NCBI RefSeq assembly: GCF_054391665.1
Contig: NZ_CM136172.1
Strand: one strand, 5' to 3'
Length of the DNA stretch: 32,000 bases
Part shown: positions 1 to 8,758 of the stretch, in pieces
Position numbering within the stretch: the first letter of the stretch is position 1
Layout: every line of letters starts with the position of its first letter
The notes under the pieces: generated by a model
Database searches by the model: none
What the model was told of the DNA's origin: nothing
Seen by the model: the letters and a program-made list of their open reading frames with translations, nothing else
Program-made: the position numbers and the translations under genes

Positions 1-1
1 A

Positions 2-3000
2 AATTTCTCCCGGCGTGAAGAAAGTATGGTGGTCGTGGAAAAACCCACATTAAGCCTCGCCGATTCAACGCTTTCTGTCGATCTGCAAATCCTGCTTGCT
101 GATGGAAAATCAACCTCAACGCTGACCTATACCGCGCGAGATTCCAGCGGCAAGCCAATCCCAGGTATGACGTTAAAAACACAGGTGAAAGGTTTGCAGG
201 ATTTCGCCTTAAGCGAATGGAAAGACAACGGTAACGGAACCTATACCCAAATAGTTACCGCCGGGAAGACGTCTGGCGCGTTATCGCTGATGCCGCAATT
301 TAACGGCGATGATATCGCTAAGACGCCAGCACTGATTGCTATCGTGGCGAATACAGCATCCCGCGCTGACTCCACGATTGAGACAGACCAGGATAATTAC
401 GTCGCGGGTAAGCCGATAGTCGTTAAAGTGACCCTGAGAGATGATAACGGCAACGGGGTTACCGGACGAAAAGAACTTCTTAAACAAGCCGTTAAAGTAG
501 ACAACACGAAGGCTGATGCTGTTAGTGCCTGGACGGAAGAAAGTGAGGGAATTTACAAAGCAAGCTATACGGCCCATCTTATTGGCGACAAATTAACGGC
601 CCAGCTGACGATGCCCGGCTGGCAAACCAAACATTCGGATGCGTTCAGTATTGCGGGTGATAAAGATACCGCCAAAATCGCTGCGATGCAGATCACCGCG
701 AATAACGCAGTTGCCAGACGCGATCACAATACCGTCGCTGTGACGGTCAGGGATGTGCATCAAAATTTACTGCAGGGACAAAATGTTACCTTCACGGTCG
801 TGAATGGTGCGGCGGTTTTTGCCGATCCAAATGGCGGTATTGTGACGACAGATAAAGACGGGATTGCCAGCGTTAACCTTGCCAGTGACCAGGCGGTAAA
901 CAGTCTTATCAAGGCCGAGACCAATGGCAGTAGTCAGTCTGTGGAAGTGAGCTTTATTACTGGCGATATCTCTCAGCTGACCTCCACCATCAAGACAGAC
1001 GATGTGTCATACACCGCGGGTGGCAAGATAAAAGTGTCCGTCACCCTTATGGATGAGCAGAAAAACCTGGTGAAAGGGATGGCTTCGCTGCTGGCGGGTA
1101 GCGGTGTGGTCGAGGTGAGCGGTACAGATAAAAATGAAACGGGTAACTGGAGCGAAGAGTCTGATGGCGTTTACACCACCACCCGAACCGCGAAGATTGC
1201 TGGCGATCGCCATTACGCCACGCTGAAACTATCGACATGGAGTAGCGCGCAGCAATCTGATGCGTATGCCATACGCGAAAGCGGAGCTGTGTTGGCTTAT
1301 TCCTCCATCGTTACCGACAAAACGGCCTACACCGCGGGCGGCGCGATAAAAGTTACGGTAACACTCAAGGATAGCTATGAAAACCTGGTCGGGGGGCAAC
1401 GAGACGCTATCAACCAGGCTATCCAGCTGCCAAATACAAAAGCGGAAAGCATCGCCTGGAATGAAGATCAAAAAGGAATTTATACCGCAACGTATACCGC
1501 ATTACTCCCTGGCACCGGTTTAAAAGCACAGCTACAGATGTCCGGCTGGGCGAGCGCTTTGACTTCAAATGATTACAGTATTAGTGGCGATGCCGCCAGC
1601 GCACAAATTGTCGCGATGCAAGTGACAACGGGTAACCCGGATGTGCTGGCGAATGGCAGCGATCGACATACGGTGAATGTCCGGGTGGAAGATCAGTTTG
1701 GCAATGTGCTGCCGGATCAGACCGTCACCTTTACGGTGACGAAAGGGGCGGCTGTATTTGCCAATGCAAGGCAGAGCGCAGATATCAGGACGGATGCGCA
1801 TGGCATGGCAGAGGTTGATCTGAGCAGTACCGTAGCGGATGCCAGCACTGTTGAGGCTAAGGTCAATCAAAGCAGCGATAGTAAAACGGTGAACTTTGTT
1901 GCTGATGTTAGCACGGCGCAGGTCGCGGAGCTGGTGGTCATTAAGGACGGCTCAGCGGCAGATGGCGCGACGGCGAACACGCTGCGGGTGAAGGTCACCG
2001 ATGCGTTCGGGAATGCACTTGCCGGGCAGACGGTCAGCGTGATGGCGGACAACGGTGCAGCGGTCGCTTCGACGATGACCACAAAGCCGGACGGCACGGT
2101 GGAGATCAGTGTCACCAGTCAGACCGCCGGAATCAGTGCGGTCACCGTCAGCATCAACAACAGCACCCTGAGCCAGAACGTGACATTTATCGCTGATGTC
2201 AGGACGGCGCAGATCGCGGATCTGGTGGTCACCCGGGATAACTCGGTGGCTGACGGTTCGACGGCGAATACGCTGCAGGTGAGGGTGACCGATGCGTTCG
2301 GGAATGCGCTGAATGGGCAGACGGTCAGCGTGTTGGCGGATAACGGTGCAACGGTCACTCCGACGGTCACTACAGAGCCGGACGGCACGGTGGAGATCAG
2401 TGTCACCAGTCAGACGGCGGGAGTCAGTACTGTCACTGCCAGCATTAACAGCAGCAGCCTGAGCCGGAACGTAACGTTTGTCGCGGATGTCAGGACGGCG
2501 CAGATAGCGAGTCTGGAGGTTATGCAGGATAACGCGATCGCAGACGGCGCAATGGCGAATACGCTGCGGGCGAGGGTGACCGATGCGTTCGGCAATGCGC
2601 TTGCCGGGCAGACGGTCAGCGTGTTGGCGGACAACGGCGCAACGACAGCCCCGACGGTCATCACAGAGCCGGACGGCACGGTGGAGATCAGTGTCACCAG
2701 CCAGACGGCGGGCACCAGTACTGTCACTGCCAGCATCAACAGCAGCAGCCTGAGCCGGACCGTGACGTTTATCGCCGATGTCAGGACGGCGCAGATAGCG
2801 GATCTGGTAGTCACCCGGGATAACTCAGTGGCAGACGGTGCAATGGCGAATATGCTGCGGGCGAGGGTCACCGATGCGTTCGGTAATGCGCTTGCCGGGC
2901 AGACGGTCAGCGTGATGGCAGACAACGGTGCCACGACTGCTTCGACGGTCACCACGCAGCCGGACGGCACGGTGGAGATCTCAGTCACCAGCCAGACCGC

Positions 3001-6000
3001 CGGAACCAGTGTGGTCACCGCTAGCATCAACAACAGCAGCCAGAGCCAGAACGTGACGTTTATCGCCGATGTCAGCACGGCGCAGATCGCGAGTCTGGAG
3101 GTGACGCAGGATAACTCAGTGGCTGACGGCGCAATGGCGAATACGCTGCGGGCGAGGGTGACCGATGCGTTCGGGAATGCACTTGCCGGGCAGACGGTCA
3201 GCGTGACGGCAGGCAACGGCGCAACGGTTGCTCCGGTGGTCACCACGCAGCCGGACGGCACGGTGGAAATCAGTGTCACCAGCCAGACGGCGGGAGTCAG
3301 TGCAGTCACTGCAACCATCAACAGCAGTACTCAGAGTCAGAACGTGACATTTATCGCCGATATCAGGACGGCGAAGATCGCGGATCTGGTGGTCATTAAG
3401 GACGACTCAGTGGCAGACGGTGCAATGGCGAACACGCTGCGGGTGAAGGTCACCGATGCGTTCGGTAATGCGCTTGCCGGACAGACGGTCAGCGTGTTGG
3501 CAGGCAACGGTGCCACGACTGCTCCGACGGTCACCACGCAGCCGGACGGCACGGTGGAGATCTCTGTCACCAGCCAGACGGCAGGCACCAGTGCGGTCAC
3601 TGCCAGCATCAACAGCAGCAGCCTGAGCCGGAACGTGACGTTTGTTGCCGATGTCAGGACGGCGAAGATCGCGAGTCTGGAGGTGACGCAGGATAACTCA
3701 GTGGCTGACGGCGCAATGGCGAACACGCTGCGGGTGAAGGTCACCGATGCGTTCGGGAATGCGCTGAATGGACAGACGGTCAGCGTGATGGCGGACAACG
3801 GCGCAACGGTTGCCCCGACGGTGATCACCGAGCCGGACGGCACGGTGGAAATCAGTGTCACCAGCCAGACGGCGGGAGTCAGTGCAGTCACTGCAACCAT
3901 CAACAGCAGTAGCCAGAGTCAGAACGTGACATTTATCGCCGATGTCAGCACGGCGAAGATCGCTGATCTGGTGGTCATTAAGGATGGTTCAGAGGCGGAC
4001 GGTTCGACGGCGAACACGCTGCGGGTGAGGGTGACCGATGCGTTCGGGAACACACTAGCCGGGCAGACGGTCAGCGTGTTGGCGGACAACGGCGTAACGA
4101 CTGCCCCGACGGTGATCACCGAGCCGGACGGCACGGTGGAAATCAGTGTCACCAGCCAGACGGCGGGAGTCAGTGCAGTCACTGCAACCATCAACAGCAG
4201 TAGTCAGAGTCAGAACGTGACATTTATCGCCGATGTCAGCACGGCGAAGATCGCTGATCTGGTGGTCATTAAGGACGGTTCAGAGGCGGACGGTTTGACG
4301 GCGAACACGCTGCGGGTGAGGGTCACCGATGCGTTCGGGAATGCGCTGAATGGGCAGACGGTCAGCGTGTTGGCGGACAACGGTGCAACGGTTTCCCCGA
4401 CGGTCACCACGCAGCCGGACGGTACGGTGGAGATCTCAGTCACCAGTCAGATGGCGGGGATCAGTACAGTCACCGCAACCATCAACAGCAGCAGTCAGAG
4501 CCGGAACGTCACGTTTATCGCCGATGTCAGGACGGCGCAGATCGCGGACATGGCGGTTATTAAGGACGGCTCAGTGGCAGACGGTGCGACGGCGAACACG
4601 CTGCAGGTGAAGGTCACCGATGCATTCGGTAATGTGCTTGCCGGGCAGACGGTCAGCGTGTTGGCGGATAACGGCGCAACGGTCGCTCCGGCGGTGACCA
4701 CTCAGCCGGATGGCACGGTGGAGATCTCTGTCACCAGCCAGACGGCGGGAGTCAGTGCAGTCACCGCCAGCATCAACAGCAGCAGCCAGAGCCGGGATGT
4801 GACATTTATCGCCGATATCAGGACGGCGAAGATCGCTGATATGGAGGTCATTAAGGATGGTTCAGAGGCGGACGGTTCGACGGCGAACACGCTGCGTGCG
4901 AGGGTAACCGATGCATTCGGTAATGCGCTTGCCGGGCAGACGGTCAGCGTGTTGGCGGATACCGGCGCAACGGTCGCTCCGACTGTCATCACAGGGCAGG
5001 ACGGCACGGTGGAGATCAGTGTCACCAGCCAGACGGCGGGCACCAGTGCCGTCACCGCCAGTATCAACAGCAGTACCGCGAGCCGGAACGTGACGTTTGT
5101 TGCCGATGTCAGGACGGCGCAGATAGCGAGTCTGGAGGTGACGCAGGATAACTCAGTGGCTGACGGCGCAATGGCGAACACGCTGCGGGTGAAGGTCACC
5201 GATGCTAACGGGAATGCACTTGCCGGGCAGACGGTCAGCGTGACGGCAGGCAATGGCGCAACGGTCGCTCCGACGGTCACCACGCAACCGGACGGCATGG
5301 TGGAGATCAGTGTCACCAGCCAGACGGCGGGCACCAGTACAGTCACTGCAACCATCAACAACAGCTCCCTGAGTCAGAACGTGATGTTTATCGCCGATGT
5401 CAGCACGGCGCAGATAGCGAGTCTGGAGGTGACGCAGGATAACTCAGTGGCTGACGGCGCAATGGCGAACATGCTGCGGGTGAGGGTGACGGATGCGTTC
5501 GGTAATGCGCTTGGCGGCCAGACGGTCAGCGTGTTGGCGGACAACGGCGTAACGACTGCCCCGACGGTCATCACAGGGCCAGACGGCACGGTGGAAATCA
5601 GTGTCACCAGCCAGACGGCGGGAGTCAGTGCAGTCACTGCAACCATCAACAGCAGTAGTCAGAGTCAGAACGTGACATTTATCGCCGATGTCAGCACGGC
5701 GAAGATCGCTGATCTGGTGGTCATCCGGGATAACGCAGTGGCAGACGGTTCGACGGCGAATATGCTGCGGGCGAGGGTCACCGATGCGTTCGGTAATGCG
5801 CTTGCCGGGCAGACGGTCAGCGTGATGGCGGACAACGGTGCAGCGGTCGCTTCGACGATGACCACAAAGCCGGACGGCACGGTGGAGATCAGTGTCACCA
5901 GCCAGACGGCGGGGATCAGTACAGTCACCGCAACCATCAACAGCAGCAGTCAGAGCCGGGATGTGACATTTATCGCCGATGTCAGGACGGCGCAGATCGC

Positions 6001-8707
6001 GGATCTGGTGGTCATTAAGGATGGTTCAGAGGCGGACGGTTCGACGGCGAACACGCTGCGGGCGAGGGTGACCGATGCGTTCGGTAATACGCTTGCCGGG
6101 CAGACGGTGAGCGTGTTGGGAGGCAACGGCGCAACGACTGCCCCGACGGTCATCACAGGGCCAGACGGGACGGTGGAGATCAGTGTCACCAGCCAGACGG
6201 CAGGAATCAGTGTGGTCACCGCCAGCATCAACAGCAGCAGCCAGAGCCGGGATGTGACGTTTATCGCCGATGTCAGAACGGCGCAGATCGCGGATCTGGT
6301 GGTCATTAAGGACGGCTCAGTGGCTGACGGCGCGACGGCGAATACGCTGCAGGTGAAGGTCACTGATGCTAACGGTAATGCGCTTGCCGGGCAGACGGTC
6401 AGCGTGATGGCAGGCAACGGCGCAACGACTGCCCCGACGGTGACCACTCAGCCGGATGGCACGGTGGAAATCTCTGTCACCAGCCAGACCGCCGGAACCA
6501 GTGTGGTCACCGCCAGCATCAACAACAGCAGCCAGAGCCAGAACGTCACCTTTGTACCGGGTGATGCATCGCAGCTCACTTCAACCGTTGAAACAAATAA
6601 GTCGAACTATACGGTTGGAGAGACAATCACCATCACGGTAACGCTCCGGGATGCGTTCGATAATCTGGTAACCGGTGCAGCTTCACAGTTAGCCGCTAAT
6701 GGTGTGCTGACGGTGGCTGGCACCGACCCGTCAGAAACGGGAAGCTGGGTTGAATCAGGTGGCGTGTATACCACAACCCGAATGGCGACGATTGCCAGTA
6801 CCAATCAGCACGCCAACCTGCAATTGCAGTCGTGGAGTGATGGCGTAACGTCAGATCGCTATGACATACAGTCCGGTTCTCCGGCGCAAGCCACATCAAC
6901 TATCGCCACGGATAAAAACGCATACACCGCTGGCGAGACCATAACCGTCGCCGTGACGCTGAAAGACGCGCACGGTAACCTGGTTGAAGGGGGCGAGTCC
7001 TTACTGTCTGGTGATAACGTAATAGTGGAAGGAGCCGTACGTTCAGGAGGATGGTCTGAAAACGCCGGTGTTTATACTGCTACATGGTCGGCGCAAATGG
7101 CGGGAGACTCTCACCACGCGACGCTGAAGTTGTCTGAGTGGGGCAGCAGTAAACAATCAGAGAGTTATTCCATCCACAGCGGTGCTCCGGTGCAGGCAAA
7201 TTCTGCTATCAGGACAGATAAATCGGCATATATCGCCGGGGAGCCATTAACCGTCACAGTAACGTTACGGGATGAGTTTGGTAACCCTGCTTTCGGGCTG
7301 ACATCAGAAGTCATCGAGTCTTATATTGATAGTTTCGCGGTAGGCGGCGCAACTCCCGATTCTATGCAGTGGGTCGAGCAGAATAATGGTGAATATACCA
7401 TTGTCTGGACAGCATGGGGTGCCGAGGAAAATCTGGTTGCCAGTCTGAAATTAAAAACATGGGCAGCGGAGATTAAGTCCTCATTATATGGAATACAACC
7501 AGGTGCAGCGGCAAAAACTCAATCAACGATTGTCGCGGACAAAACGATATATATCGCTGGGGATAGCATAACGGTGACCGTTGTTCTTAAAGATGCCCAG
7601 GGTAACTTTATTACTGATGGTGTTGTTCAGCTTAATGAGGAAAACGTACAAGTCAGGAATGCGGATCCTATCCAGGGCAATAATTGGGTTTACAACGGCA
7701 ATGGGCAATATCAAAGACAGTATATGGCACATTTTGCGGAAGCGAATTTGAATGCGCAACTGAAGATGGCTGGTTGGAGCGATGCCAATTATTCAAACAA
7801 TTATACTATCAAACCAGGTGAAGTGAGTCCGCTTGGTTCACAGCTTCGTATACGAGAAGTTTTAGTAGTGGAAGGGGCGGATTTACCTGTCAGTGCTTTA
7901 TTAGTTGATGATTTTGGAAATCCGGTGGATAACGGTCTGGATTTGCTGGATGATGCAGTGTACTTACAAAATGTAGAAAAGAAAGAAGGGGAAAAATGGA
8001 GATATGTGGGTGATGGCATATATGAACGTACATATATGGCCTACCAAGAAGGAGAAAATTTAACTTCATTTATGGAGATTAAAGGTTGGCGTATATACGG
8101 GCAACCATCCTATAACATCCTTCCTTTTGTGGAAGTCGAGTCGCTGAGTGTTAATGGTGTAAAATTCAGGGCGACAGATGGTTTTCCAGAAACAGGGTTT
8201 GATGGTGCAAAATTCACGCTGTTACTAACCCATAATATGAAAAATACGGATTATAATTGGACGGCTGGGATTTATGGAATTAATGTTGATAGTAATGGAG
8301 AAGTAACATTATCTGTGCTGATAAGAAGTGAAGTTACTATTACTGGGAAACCCAAGAATGGTAAAGGGAATGATGTTGTATTTAAATTCAAGATTAAAAA
8401 ATGGTTTACTAGTTTAGGTGCTAGCAGTAGTAATACCTGGGATATCATAAATACTTCATGTAGCTATGGTCAAATGCCGTCATCTTTAGAATTAGCGCAG
8501 CGGCCAAGCGGTGGGGTAGTACCGCGAAAAGTAGGTACGTTGTGGGGCGAATATGGTAATTTAAAAACGTATGGGAACGCTTTTAGCAGTACGGATTATT
8601 GGACAAGTACTCAGCTCATGGGAGTACACGAGAAATTTAATCCTGAAACTGGTATATCAGAGCTTGGGACAGGAAAGTCTTCTGGCTTGTGCGTAGAGTA
8701 TTATTAA
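2..8707 (+). CDS. air: Giant intimin/invasin-family (inverse autotransporter) Ig-repeat adhesin, with the 5' end cut by the window edge. It matches what I recall as Air/EaeX of enteroaggregative E. coli.
   Basis: Frame 2 is open from nt 2 (NFSRREES precedes the first ATG at 26), so the true start lies upstream of the window. The 2,893+ aa consist almost entirely of ~95-105-aa Ig-like modules: 6 modules of two alternating types, then 16 near-identical Big_1-type units, then 5 further modules. The protein ends in a Cys-containing lectin-like terminal domain (..TSCSYGQMPSSLELA..GLCVEYY), as in intimin and invasin. The TAA stop at 8705-8707 is followed by a hairpin terminator. Confidence 0.9.
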   Translation, partial: NFSRREESMVVVEKPTLSLADSTLSVDLQILLADGKSTSTLTYTARDSSGKPIPGMTLKTQVKGLQDFALSEWKDNGNGTYTQIVTAGKTSGALSLMPQFNGDDIAKTPALIAIVANTASRADSTIETDQDNYVAGKPIVVKVTLRDDNGNGVTGRKELLKQAVKVDNTKADAVSAWTEESEGIYKASYTAHLIGDKLTAQLTMPGWQTKHSDAFSIAGDKDTAKIAAMQITANNAVARRDHNTVAVTVRDVHQNLLQGQNVTFTVVNGAAVFADPNGGIVTTDKDGIASVNLASDQAVNSLIKAETNGSSQSVEVSFITGDISQLTSTIKTDDVSYTAGGKIKVSVTLMDEQKNLVKGMASLLAGSGVVEVSGTDKNETGNWSEESDGVYTTTRTAKIAGDRHYATLKLSTWSSAQQSDAYAIRESGAVLAYSSIVTDKTAYTAGGAIKVTVTLKDSYENLVGGQRDAINQAIQLPNTKAESIAWNEDQKGIYTATYTALLPGTGLKAQLQMSGWASALTSNDYSISGDAASAQIVAMQVTTGNPDVLANGSDRHTVNVRVEDQFGNVLPDQTVTFTVTKGAAVFANARQSADIRTDAHGMAEVDLSSTVADASTVEAKVNQSSDSKTVNFVADVSTAQVAELVVIKDGSAADGATANTLRVKVTDAFGNALAGQTVSVMADNGAAVASTMTTKPDGTVEISVTSQTAGISAVTVSINNSTLSQNVTFIADVRTAQIADLVVTRDNSVADGSTANTLQVRVTDAFGNALNGQTVSVLADNGATVTPTVTTEPDGTVEISVTSQTAGVSTVTASINSSSLSRNVTFVADVRTAQIASLEVMQDNAIADGAMANTLRARVTDAFGNALAGQTVSVLADNGATTAPTVITEPDGTVEISVTSQTAGTSTVTASINSSSLSRTVTFIADVRTAQIADLVVTRDNSVADGAMANMLRARVTDAFGNALAGQTVSVMADNGATTASTVTTQPDGTVEISVTSQTAGTSVVTASINNSSQSQNVTFIADVSTAQIASLEVTQDNSVADGAMANTLRARVTDAFGNALAGQTVSVTAGNGATVAPVVTTQPDGTVEISVTSQTAGVSAVTATINSSTQSQNVTFIADIRTAKIADLVVIKDDSVADGAMANTLRVKVTDAFGNALAGQTVSVLAGNGATTAPTVTTQPDGTVEISVTSQTAGTSAVTASINSSSLSRNVTFVADVRTAKIASLEVTQDNSVADGAMANTLRVKVTDAFGNALNGQTVSVMADNGATVAPTVITEPDGTVEISVTSQTAGVSAVTATINSSSQSQNVTFIADVSTAKIADLVVIKDGSEADGSTANTLRVRVTDAFGNTLAGQTVSVLADNGVTTAPTVITEPDGTVEISVTSQTAGVSAVTATINSSSQSQNVTFIADVSTAKIADLVVIKDGSEADGLTANTLRVRVTDAFGNALNGQTVSVLADNGATVSPTVTTQPDGTVEISVTSQMAGISTVTATINSSSQSRNVTFIADVRTAQIADMAVIKDGSVADGATANTLQVKVTDAFGNVLAGQTVSVLADNGATVAPAVTTQPDGTVEISVTSQTAGVSAVTASINSSSQSRDVTFIADIRTAKIADMEVIKDGSEADGSTANTLRARVTDAFGNALAGQTVSVLADTGATVAPTVITGQDGTVEISVTSQTAGTSAVTASINSSTASRNVTFVADVRTAQIASLEVTQDNSVADGAMANTLRVKVTDANGNALAGQTVSVTAGNGATVAPTVTTQPDGMVEISVTSQTAGTSTVTATINNSSLSQNVMFIADVSTAQIASLEVTQDNSVADGAMANMLRVRVTDAFGNALGGQTVSVLADNGVTTAPTVITGPDGTVEISVTSQTAGVSAVTATINSSSQSQNVTFIADVSTAKIADLVVIRDNAVADGSTANMLRARVTDAFGNALAGQTVSVMADNGAAVASTMTTKPDGTVEISVTSQTAGISTVTATINSSSQSRDVTFIADVRTAQIADLVVIKDGSEADGSTANTLRARVTDAFGNTLAGQTVSVLGGNGATTAPTVITGPDGTVEISVTSQTAGISVVTASINSSSQSRDVTFIADVRTAQIADLVVIKDGSVADGATANTLQVKVTDANGNALAGQTVSVMAGNGATTAPTVTTQPDGTVEISVTSQTAGTSVVTASINNSSQSQNVTFVPGDASQLTSTVETNKSNYTVGETITITVTLRDAFDNLVTGAASQLAANGVLTVAGTDPSETGSWVESGGVYTTTRMATIASTNQHANLQLQSWSDGVTSDRYDIQSGSPAQATSTIATDKNAYTAGETITVAVTLKDAHGNLVEGGESLLSGDNVIVEGAVRSGGWSENAGVYTATWSAQMAGDSHHATLKLSEWGSSKQSESYSIHSGAPVQANSAIRTDKSAYIAGEPLTVTVTLRDEFGNPAFGLTSEVIESYIDSFAVGGATPDSMQWVEQNNGEYTIVWTAWGAEENLVASLKLKTWAAEIKSSLYGIQPGAAAKTQSTIVADKTIYIAGDSITVTVVLKDAQGNFITDGVVQLNEENVQVRNADPIQGNNWVYNGNGQYQRQYMAHFAEANLNAQLKMAGWSDANYSNNYTIKPGEVSPLGSQLRIREVLVVEGADLPVSALLVDDFGNPVDNGLDLLDDAVYLQNVEKKEGEKWRYVGDGIYERTYMAYQEGENLTSFMEIKGWRIYGQPSYNILPFVEVESLSVNGVKFRATDGFPETGFDGAKFTLLLTHNMKNTDYNWTAGIYGINVDSNGEVTLSVLIRSEVTITGKPKNGKGNDVVFKFKIKKWFTSLGASSSNTWDIINTSCSYGQMPSSLELAQRPSGGVVPRKVGTLWGEYGNLKTYGNAFSSTDYWTSTQLMGVHEKFNPETGISELGTGKSSGLCVEYY
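1898..6553 (+). repeat. In-frame tandem array of 16 x 291 bp (97 aa, Big_1-type Ig domain) inside air
   Basis: The first unit starts GTT GCT GAT GTT (VADV) at 1898. The last unit ends AAC GTC ACC TTT (NVTF) at 6553. The span is 4,656 nt, exactly 16 x 291. Adjacent units can be nearly identical: 3841-4049 versus 4132-4340 differ at 4 positions by my count. Confidence 0.95.
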
Positions 8708-8722
8708 CGAAGTAATCACTAG

Positions 8723-8750
8723 ATTGCCCTGCTTCAGCAGGGCAATTTAT
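8723..8750 (+). terminator. Rho-independent terminator of air, lying between the convergent genes air and eilA
   Basis: A perfect 10-bp stem (ATTGCCCTGC / GCAGGGCAAT) with loop TTCA at 8723-8746 is followed by TTTATATT. The T-run is on the + strand only. Confidence 0.75.
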
Positions 8751-8758
8751 ATTCGTTA

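Noticed and set aside
1867-6447. A chain of long minus-strand ORFs (77-303 aa, e.g. 2410-3321, 4702-5361) antisense to the air repeat array, all reading MMVAVTALTPAVWLVTLISTVPSG..
   Set aside because: They repeat with the same 291-bp period as the sense repeats and have no ribosome-binding sites. They exist only because the GC-rich, Thr/Val/Ala/Gly-rich sense codons lack stop complements. The sense frame encodes recognisable Ig domains.
1898-6553. Possibility that the regular repeat array is a CRISPR array
   Set aside because: The units are 291 bp, contiguous with no unique spacers, in-frame and protein-coding. No cas genes are present.
4350-6641. Arg-rich plus-strand ORFs in alternative frames inside air (4350-4610, 4911-5093, 6456-6641)
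   Set aside because: These are off-frame readings of GC-rich repeat DNA. They have low-complexity Arg/Ser/Pro composition and are nested entirely in a well-supported CDS.
7900-8758. A diversity-generating retroelement targeting the lectin-like C-terminus of air
   Set aside because: There is no reverse transcriptase ORF anywhere in the window. I found no second (template) copy of the 3' end of air. The downstream gap to eilA is only ~50 nt.
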